From Candidatus Micrarchaeota archaeon (GTDB taxonomy: Archaea; Micrarchaeota; Micrarchaeia; Norongarragalinales; SBBD01): 12,787 bases of DNA. The notes below the pieces were generated by a model. That model was not told the DNA's origin, made no database searches, and saw nothing but the letters and a program-made list of their open reading frames with translations. The position numbers and the translations under genes are program-made. Shown piece after piece: positions 1 through 5,562 of this stretch (positions are counted from its first letter, which is position 1; every line of letters starts with the position of its first letter). The DNA is taken from positions 1-12,787 of the forward strand of contig JBBSVW010000052.1 of assembly GCA_038046605.1 (NCBI GenBank), in the 5' to 3' direction.

Positions 1-2
1 AA

Positions 3-623
3 TCGCCATACCTAATCGAAATTAGGCTTTCTGGACCGGTAAAATTTTACACTAAGAGACTAATTTTTGAAGTTTCGAGAAAATTTCGAGTATTCGGCGC
101 GACCAAGAATAGACCAGTCCCACACATCACACTTTTTGGTCCATTTCTAGCCAGTAATGAAAGTGAGCTTATTTCAATTTTTGATAAATATTGCGCCAAC
201 TTTTCCAATGCGACAAATTCTAGGGCCGAACTAATTTCGTACGATATTCGGGGATTTGATGCATTTGATGGAGATATAGGCAAGGTCATAGCACTTGATC
301 TTGAACCCTCCGAAAAACTTAAAGATTTTAGGTGGGAATTAGCAAAAAACCTTCACCCAATTTCAAGAGCTAAACCATGGGACTACAAAAGAAATTTTAT
401 CTTCCACGCTACAATTGCATTTAGGGATATTGGAAAAAAATGGACGAGCATACTAAACTACCTTCGTAGAAGGGAAAAAGGTATCGGCAAACAATATGTC
501 TATAGAATTACATTGTTGAAAAACAGTAAAATTTTAAGAGAATATGATTTTTTAATGAAAAAAAGCTTAACACGGACTGAAGCCAAATCAACCAAAATCG
601 GCAGAAAATATAAAAAAAGTTGA
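3..623 (+). CDS. 2H phosphoesterase superfamily protein (2'-5' RNA ligase / 2',3'-cyclic phosphodiesterase-like), 5'-partial
   Basis: Manual translation of frame +3 is open from the window edge to TGA at 621-623: SPYLIEIRLSGPVKFYTKRLIFEVSRKFRVFGATKNRPVPHITLFGPF...NFIFHATIAFRDI...KYKKS*. It has both HxT motifs (HITL, His codon 123-125; HATI, His codon 405-407) at typical 2H spacing. It is absent from the ORF track because the start lies upstream of the window. Confidence 0.88.
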   Translation, partial: SPYLIEIRLSGPVKFYTKRLIFEVSRKFRVFGATKNRPVPHITLFGPFLASNESELISIFDKYCANFSNATNSRAELISYDIRGFDAFDGDIGKVIALDLEPSEKLKDFRWELAKNLHPISRAKPWDYKRNFIFHATIAFRDIGKKWTSILNYLRRREKGIGKQYVYRITLLKNSKILREYDFLMKKSLTRTEAKSTKIGRKYKKS

Positions 624-636
624 TCTCAAATCAACC

Positions 637-650
637 AAACCTATTTTAAG
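637..650 (+). promoter_or_regulatory. Putative archaeal BRE/TATA promoter
   Basis: AAACCTATTTTAAG lies about 22 nt upstream of the ATG at 672, which fits a leaderless transcript. The same AACCT(A)TTT(T)AA motif recurs at 1116 and 5517. Confidence 0.55.
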
Positions 651-671
651 ACGGAATGGGAAATTCATATT

Positions 672-833
672 ATGATCAACGTGATGGGCTGGAAAGTCAA
701 GGAGGAGAGGCTAAACCTGGCGGGGGCGGGTTTGCTATTTACAAGCATATTTACCTTGTTCTATCCCCCAACAGCAGCATTTGGCTTTTTTTCCATGCTG
801 GCAGGGGAGTACTTGTTTTTGAGGTATTCCTGA
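672..833 (+). CDS. Small hypothetical membrane protein (53 aa, about 2 hydrophobic segments)
   Basis: Manual translation: MINVMGWKVKEERLNLAGAGLLFTSIFTLFYPPTAAFGFFSMLAGEYLFLRYS*. It sits at leaderless distance from a TATA-like box and ends 3 nt before the next ATG. It is shorter than any ORF in the track. Confidence 0.6.
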   Translation: MINVMGWKVKEERLNLAGAGLLFTSIFTLFYPPTAAFGFFSMLAGEYLFLRYS

Positions 834-836
834 ATT

Positions 837-1082
837 ATGCAAAAAGAGTTATTGACTGAAATTGAGCTCAAGCACAAGCGATATCTTGCCTATTTGCAGG
901 GAATTACCGCAATATCCCTCGCCTTGGCTGTAGCCCATTTCTCAAGGCCGCAAACCTTCTTTTCTATCGGCAATTTTCAAATCGGGCTCATTCAAGTTTC
1001 ACTTGCAGTCATCATTTCCGGCTGGCTTTCCTTACACTTATCCCTTCGCACATCCGAAAACCGGCTATTGGCAAAAGCATGA
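837..1082 (+). CDS. Small hypothetical membrane protein (81 aa, 2 predicted TM helices)
   Basis: Two hydrophobic stretches (YLAYLQGITAISLALAVAHF; IGLIQVSLAVIISGWLSLHL) with charged termini. It packs tightly after the 672..833 ORF. Confidence 0.65.
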   Translation: MQKELLTEIELKHKRYLAYLQGITAISLALAVAHFSRPQTFFSIGNFQIGLIQVSLAVIISGWLSLHLSLRTSENRLLAKA

Positions 1083-1115
1083 CAACCCTTAAAAATCCCA
1101 ATTTGCACAAAGAGT

Positions 1116-1127
1116 GAACCTTTAAAT
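1116..1127 (+). promoter_or_regulatory. Putative BRE/TATA promoter of the rpl15e operon
   Basis: GAACCTTTAAAT in the intergenic region, about 47 nt upstream of the rpl15e ATG. A GGTGA RBS follows at 1164-1168. Confidence 0.55.
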
Positions 1128-1173
1128 GTTGGATAACCGGCGCAATAGTGCCGGCCCAGAATAGGTGAAACTA

Positions 1174-1590
1174 ATGGGAGCATACAAATACATCAAGGAA
1201 TCGTTCCAGAAAAGCTACAAGGAACGCTCTGATTCATTCAGGACTAGATTGCAGGAGTTCCGGAAGGGAAACACCGTTGAACGGGTGGATAAGCCAACCA
1301 ACCCCCCACGTGCGCACGCACTTGGTTACAAGGCGCGCAAGGATTTCATGGTTGCTAGGGTCAGGATCAAGAGGGGCAAGCGCTCACGGCCAAAGCCCGA
1401 TCAGGGAAGAAAGCCGGGCCGGAACCGCAAGTTCGTGAACCCGGGAATTTCACTTCAGCATTACGCCGAACAGAAGGTTTTGCGCAGGTTCCCAAATCTT
1501 AAGGTCCTTAATTCCTACATCGTAGGCGAGGACGGAATGTATAAATACTTCGAAGTGATTATGCAGGATAAGCACATGAATCTTGGCTGA
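1174..1590 (+). CDS. rpl15e: 50S ribosomal protein L15e (eL15), short form (138 aa)
   Basis: MGAYKYI N-terminus, KPTNPPRAHALGYKA, RVRIKRG...GRKP and NLKVLNSYIVGEDGMYKYFEVIM match L15e signature motifs. The GGTGA RBS at 1164-1168 favours ATG 1174 over the track's GTG 1165. Confidence 0.96.
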   Translation: MGAYKYIKESFQKSYKERSDSFRTRLQEFRKGNTVERVDKPTNPPRAHALGYKARKDFMVARVRIKRGKRSRPKPDQGRKPGRNRKFVNPGISLQHYAEQKVLRRFPNLKVLNSYIVGEDGMYKYFEVIMQDKHMNLG

Positions 1591-1597
1591 TTTCAAT

Positions 1598-2140
1598 ATG
1601 GCACGAAGCGCACTTTTTTTCACCTCCGCGCTTTTTTCATTCTTTTTTTTCCTTAGCTTTGCCCAAACAGGAGCTGCAACCGATGGCTCAACATCCATAA
1701 ACCCAATCTCTGCCCAAATTGTGCCCGATCCCGTTCTTCGAAACAATTCAGCCTCCTTTTTCATCGAAACTGATAGCGAATACGATTTGAACGAAACCAA
1801 GTGCGTTTCACCAACTGGCGCGGGTCTTTGCACATGCACAATTGGCTATAAGGGGAAATATTCGAATTTCGAATGCCTGGCACGGCCGCCTGTTTTTGGA
1901 ACCTATTCCTTTTCGATGAAGGATATTAGGAGGGAGAGGGGTTCGATGGCAATAACCATTTCCGAACCAAAGCATGATGAAATTCAGTATGCGACGATGC
2001 CGCCTGGGCCACCAAACGGCGCATCATACGAGCCAATCACCAGGGATAAGCCGGTGGAATGGCCCATACTGCTCCTTTTTTTAGCGGCGGTGCTCTACAC
2101 GGTTTACGAGTTCCGGGAGCATTTATTGAAGAGGGATTGA
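1598..2140 (+). CDS. Hypothetical secreted, C-terminally membrane-anchored protein
   Basis: Hydrophobic signal-like N-terminus (MARSALFFTSALFSFFFFLSFA), a Cys-containing beta-rich middle, a Pro-rich linker, and a C-terminal TM (WPILLLFLAAVLYTVY) with a charged tail. ATG 1598 is 7 nt after the rpl15e stop and rpp30 starts 4 nt after its stop. Confidence 0.75.
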   Translation: MARSALFFTSALFSFFFFLSFAQTGAATDGSTSINPISAQIVPDPVLRNNSASFFIETDSEYDLNETKCVSPTGAGLCTCTIGYKGKYSNFECLARPPVFGTYSFSMKDIRRERGSMAITISEPKHDEIQYATMPPGPPNGASYEPITRDKPVEWPILLLFLAAVLYTVYEFREHLLKRD

Positions 2141-2144
2141 CAAT

Positions 2145-2690
2145 ATGTTCAATTACATTGATTTGAACCTCCAAAACCCCAAATTGGCTGATGATGCAAA
2201 GAAATTGGGCTTTTCGCAGGTAAAAACCGCCCGAATTTTGCTATTGGAAAATGGAAAAGACCTCAATTTGGCGAATGGGAAGGAATTAATGACAGTCGAG
2301 AGCGCAGATCCGGAACTCCTGCGCAATTGCATCAAGCAAAAAAAGCCAATCCTTTGCAATCCGCTGCTTTCAAAGGATTTCTATAGGGACGATGGGTTGA
2401 TCCGGGAAGCAGCTGAGAGGGAAACCGTTTTCGAAATACCAATTTCAGAATTCCTTAAAAGCAATTTTGTTTTCCGGGCAAAACTCATAAACAACGCCCG
2501 CAAATTCATCAAAAAATGCCTCAAACTTAAAGCTAGCTTCGTATTCACCAGCAGGGCGGAAAATGAGTTGGAGCTAAAATCGCCACGGGAAATCATCGCA
2601 ATAGCTTCGACGCTATTTGATTTGACTACGGAACAGGCGCAATTTGCCATTTCCAGGAGGGCGGAAAAAGTTATTCGCACCATTGGCTAG
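2145..2690 (+). CDS. rnp3: Ribonuclease P protein component 3 (Rpp30)
   Basis: N-terminal YIDLNL...AKKLGF and C-terminal AAERETVFEIPISEFL...FVFTSRAENELELKSPREIIAIA resemble archaeal Rpp30. Adjacency of rpl15e and rpp30 is established in the archaeal exosome superoperon. Confidence 0.85.
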   Translation: MFNYIDLNLQNPKLADDAKKLGFSQVKTARILLLENGKDLNLANGKELMTVESADPELLRNCIKQKKPILCNPLLSKDFYRDDGLIREAAERETVFEIPISEFLKSNFVFRAKLINNARKFIKKCLKLKASFVFTSRAENELELKSPREIIAIASTLFDLTTEQAQFAISRRAEKVIRTIG

Positions 2691-2760
2691 GGGAAAATAA
2701 CTGCAATTGCAGCCGATATTTGGCATCCCATACCCACCATATTGATTTGCGCATCAAAAC

Positions 2761-2896
2761 AAGGGGGTAGAGGCGACCTATTGAAGGGGTAGGGCAACAT
2801 CCAAAGCTCTTTTGGATGTTAGTAGAGCGAAGCTCTACGTGACCCGGTAGAGGAATGCTTTCCCCTTGGGGTTGGGGGCTTAGCCCCCTGGAGGGG
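2761..2896. other. Structured GC-rich intergenic element (candidate ncRNA or ssDNA/REP-like hairpin element)
   Basis: Three perfect hairpins: AACATCCAAA-gctct-TTTGGATGTT (2796-2820), GTAGAGC-gaa-GCTCTAC (2822-2838) and GGGGGC-tta-GCCCCC (2874-2888). Possible long-range pairs are 2762-2768 with 2883-2889 and 2784-2789 with 2862-2867. No known family was recognised. Confidence 0.55.
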
Positions 2897-2938
2897 TTGG
2901 TGGTTAATAAGGAAGGAAACCGAATAGGTACGATAAAC

Positions 2939-3331
2939 ATGGCACAGGAAGTCATCGTACAAACCGGAATTGGCAGCCGGGAGTTCCGGAAAATAATCCT
3001 GGCAAGCAGGGGCCAAAGTTTCAATGCGCAATTTGCGGAATTCCTAGGGGCCCACGGAATTGATGCATCGAATTCAATTGATGGCGTAAGGATTGCAAAC
3101 AGGTATAAGGCAGTTGCCCATCATGACACCCTAATCAACGGAGCGGCATTGGCATTCCTTAGCATTTACCATCCGTACCATATCGTCGATGTGGAAGTTT
3201 CCGAAACGCAAAAAAAATACCCCGTCCCTAAAAGTTTCGACTCCAACCGGCAATCGCTCCAAAGCCGGAGGATAAAATTCGACGGGCCGCAGCCAAATAT
3301 ACTTGTCAGGTTCAAAAACAAGGTAGGATAA
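2939..3331 (+). CDS. Hypothetical protein (130 aa)
   Basis: The track ORF 2855..3331 is trimmed to ATG 2939 (MAQEVIVQTG...), because the upstream extension runs through the hairpin element. No family recognised. Confidence 0.6.
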   Translation: MAQEVIVQTGIGSREFRKIILASRGQSFNAQFAEFLGAHGIDASNSIDGVRIANRYKAVAHHDTLINGAALAFLSIYHPYHIVDVEVSETQKKYPVPKSFDSNRQSLQSRRIKFDGPQPNILVRFKNKVG

Positions 3332-3358
3332 GATTCAATTAAGGGTTGGGGGGATTTC

Positions 3359-3366
3359 AAAAAAAA
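3359..3366 (-). terminator. Putative oligo(T) archaeal terminator
   Basis: A T8 run on the minus strand 14 nt downstream of the TOPRIM gene stop, between convergent genes. Confidence 0.4.
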
Positions 3367-3380
3367 GCGGATGCTAAGCC

Positions 3381-3758
3381 CTATTCGAGTTCATCCATCA
3401 AACGATAATATGCAGTTGGAAGCTCTTCCATCGTGATTATTCCAAAAAGCGCCCTGACCTTGTGCCTCAATTCCGTATCAACGGCCATTCCCTCATTGAA
3501 GAATTTCTCCTTGAAAAATTCGGTTTTCCTCTCCCCTTCCGTATCCAGGTCAAATAGCAGGATCAACTTTTGCCCTTTTTCGAGCATCGAGAGAGCCTTT
3601 TGCACAATTTGCCCGTTTTGCCCATTTGCCAATATCACATTGCCGGCAATCCCTAGTTCCTCGAGAGCGGCAAGGTCATTTTTCCCTTCAACTAGCAAAA
3701 GCCCATTCTTCAGCTCGAGCATTATTTTTTTGAGGAACTTGTCCTGTGTGATGCCCAT
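3381..3758 (-). CDS. Small stand-alone TOPRIM-domain protein (COG1658, small primase-like / RNase M5-like)
   Basis: LLLVEGKNDLAAL (conserved Glu motif) and LILLFDLDTEGER (DxD motif) are TOPRIM signatures. An AGGTGG RBS precedes ATG 3758; the track's GTG 3767 is an alternative start. Confidence 0.9.
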   Translation of the reverse strand: MGITQDKFLKKIMLELKNGLLLVEGKNDLAALEELGIAGNVILANGQNGQIVQKALSMLEKGQKLILLFDLDTEGERKTEFFKEKFFNEGMAVDTELRHKVRALFGIITMEELPTAYYRLMDELE

Positions 3759-3767
3759 ATTTGCCAC

Positions 3768-4334
3768 CTATTTGAAATGCTTGCTGTAAAGTTTTATCGC
3801 GCCCTCCCAACCCCCGGGGATATGTTCGTTTGCAATGTAAAAAAGAACCCTATGCCTCTGATATGCGCTTTTTGGCGAAATTCTCAGCTCCCCGTTAACA
3901 TGCAATAGATGTATCCCTAAAAGCAAAGTATGAACGGGGTCAAGCCCTTGTTTTTCCCCGAATGCTAGCTTATTCCCTATGCTTGCATTTGACTGGGACA
4001 TGGTTTTTTTTATTTTTGGAACATTGGCCACAGCATAGATCAGGGGGACATTTATTCCCGATTTTGGAAGAAAAGCCACAACACCGGGTTTTAGTTGCAC
4101 ATCCCTAATATTTCCCTCCCTTCGAAGCCTGGCTAAACCAGGATAATAGGCGCGATAATCCCTAATCGCCAACTGGATATTTCGCACAACTCCTCCAGCC
4201 TCATGGCGTAGGTGCCTTTGCAGAACCGGGTCGGGTTCCCTAGCTGCCCTTATTAGGAAAGCATTCAAATCCGAATGCAAAGTTTTCAACCTTGATTCGA
4301 AATGTTCCGCAGGGGGTTTTTCCGACTTGGCCAT
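3768..4334 (-). CDS. Hypothetical protein (about 188 aa, basic)
   Basis: A long ORF filling the gap, with its stop overlapping the RBS of the TOPRIM gene. ATG 4334 is preceded by GGTGG and lies about 22 nt from the TATA-like box. No family recognised. Confidence 0.65.
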   Translation of the reverse strand: MAKSEKPPAEHFESRLKTLHSDLNAFLIRAAREPDPVLQRHLRHEAGGVVRNIQLAIRDYRAYYPGLARLRREGNIRDVQLKPGVVAFLPKSGINVPLIYAVANVPKIKKTMSQSNASIGNKLAFGEKQGLDPVHTLLLGIHLLHVNGELRISPKSAYQRHRVLFYIANEHIPGGWEGAIKLYSKHFK

Positions 4335-4350
4335 AACCACCAATTAGCAA

Positions 4351-4374
4351 CCAAAATATAAATAATAACGGTTT
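4351..4374. promoter_or_regulatory. Compact divergent promoter region (shared TATA-like element)
   Basis: TATAAATA (4357-4364) sits about 21-22 nt from both ATG 4386 (+) and ATG 4334 (-). Confidence 0.5.
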
Positions 4375-4385
4375 ATTGCCCATAC

Positions 4386-5447
4386 ATGAAAATCCCGCTT
4401 GAGGAAATAGAAAGGCAGGAATGGATCAAGGCGTGGTCGGGAAAATGGAGCATCCTGACCTGCACCTACTTAGGAGAGCAGCATTCACACACCGTAAAGC
4501 CCACGCTTGGAAAATGCCTTCCGCACCTAATCCTGATTGTCAAACACGGCATTAGCACTTGCTACTATCAAAAAAAAGAGCTCAAGGAATTTGAATCGCA
4601 CTTATCCAAAAGGGCGCAAAAGGATGAAGGATTCATACGGAAGGAATGCGGCGAACTCATCTCGCAAGCAAATGAAATACGCTGGTCCATAACAAAGCTA
4701 AAGGGCATGCGAATTGGGAAATCCGAGCATTCACTTTTCCTAAAACACCTCTATAGCTACATTTCCTCACACATGGCCGTGAAAAGGCTGCCGGATTCAA
4801 TCCCTCCCGAAATGCTCTCAAAGGATCTTCCAAAATTGCAGGCAGCTAGGGTTTATGCCGAGCCGGTTTACACGGAAGTCGAGGAGTACATGGAGCACAT
4901 GGGAAGGCAGATTGGAAAGGAAAATAGGATTCCGGCAAACCTGGTTTTGTGCTCCAGGAAAGAAGAACTGGAAAAATACTTTTCGAGCGGGAAAATGCCT
5001 CGTTACGACGAGTTAAGGGCTAGGGATGGCATTTCCGCACTCATTTTCGTCGATGGCAAATACGAACTGGTAACTGGAAAGGGAGCGGAGAAGGTGGAAG
5101 CATCCCTGCACGGAAAAACAGAAATCGGCGAACTTAGGGGGGTAAGCGCATATCCTGGAAAGGCTATTGGAAAGGCCCGGATCATAGTTGACCCGAAAAA
5201 GGGGAAGGATTTCAGGAAGGGCGAAATACTAATTACCGGAATGACGCGTCCGGAGTATATTCACCTAATCAAATTGGCAGGGGCGGTTGTGACGGATGCA
5301 GGAGGGATGCTTTCTCACGCCGCAATCACCGCTCGGGAGCTTCACATCCCAACAATTGTGGGGACGGAAAAGGCAACGAAGGTTTTCAGGGAGGGGGAAA
5401 TGCTTGAAGTGGATGCGACTAGGGGGATTGTTAGGAAAAAATCCTAA
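4386..5447 (+). CDS. PEP-utilizing enzyme mobile (phospho-His swivel) domain protein with an uncharacterised N-terminal region
   Basis: The C-terminal ~100 aa (LRGVSAYPGKAIGKARII...GEILITGMTRPEY...AVVTDAGGMLSHAAITARELHIPTIVG...LEVDATRGIV) is the canonical PEP-utilizers domain with the catalytic His. No ATP-grasp or PEP/pyruvate-binding barrel was recognised. Confidence 0.9.
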   Translation: MKIPLEEIERQEWIKAWSGKWSILTCTYLGEQHSHTVKPTLGKCLPHLILIVKHGISTCYYQKKELKEFESHLSKRAQKDEGFIRKECGELISQANEIRWSITKLKGMRIGKSEHSLFLKHLYSYISSHMAVKRLPDSIPPEMLSKDLPKLQAARVYAEPVYTEVEEYMEHMGRQIGKENRIPANLVLCSRKEELEKYFSSGKMPRYDELRARDGISALIFVDGKYELVTGKGAEKVEASLHGKTEIGELRGVSAYPGKAIGKARIIVDPKKGKDFRKGEILITGMTRPEYIHLIKLAGAVVTDAGGMLSHAAITARELHIPTIVGTEKATKVFREGEMLEVDATRGIVRKKS

Positions 5448-5516
5448 ATAAAATAGCCGGTCTCGAAAATAATAATTCTCAGATGATTCACGCAAAGGGC
5501 CAATTAAGAGGGGGTC

Positions 5517-5531
5517 GAAACCTATTTAAAG
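5517..5531 (+). promoter_or_regulatory. Putative BRE/TATA promoter of the giant surface protein gene
   Basis: GAAACCTATTTAAAG, the same motif as at 637 and 1116, lies directly upstream of the ORF. Confidence 0.55.
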
Positions 5532-5562
5532 ATTAAATTTTACCTTTGGATGCGGTAAAATA

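Noticed and set aside
47..289. Minus-strand 80-aa ORF
   Set aside because: It is an antisense shadow of the 2H phosphoesterase frame, which carries clear catalytic motifs.
656..859. Track ORF of 67 aa (MGNSYYDQRDG...)
   Set aside because: It starts too close to the TATA-like box and overlaps the 837 ORF. The 672..833 frame fits spacing and composition better.
2761..2896. Calling the element canonical RNase P RNA, SRP RNA, 5S rRNA or tRNA
   Set aside because: It has no proper P4 (GAGGAAnnUCC plus ACAGAA), no SRP helix-8 motif and no cloverleaf, and it is too short for a standard RPR.
2671..3031. Minus-strand ORFs 2671..3024 and 2819..3031, and the 2855 upstream extension
   Set aside because: They run through the hairpin element, overlap better-supported genes and have no recognisable motifs.
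2869..3381. Short matches flanking the 2939 ORF (GGGTTGGGGG at 2869 and 3343; GGGCTTAGC at 2876 versus GCTAAGCCC at 3373) as mobile-element ends
   Set aside because: They are only 9-10 bp and low complexity, with no transposase or target-site duplication.
4386..5447. Annotation as ppsA/PEP synthase
   Set aside because: It is too short, and only the His-swivel domain is recognisable.
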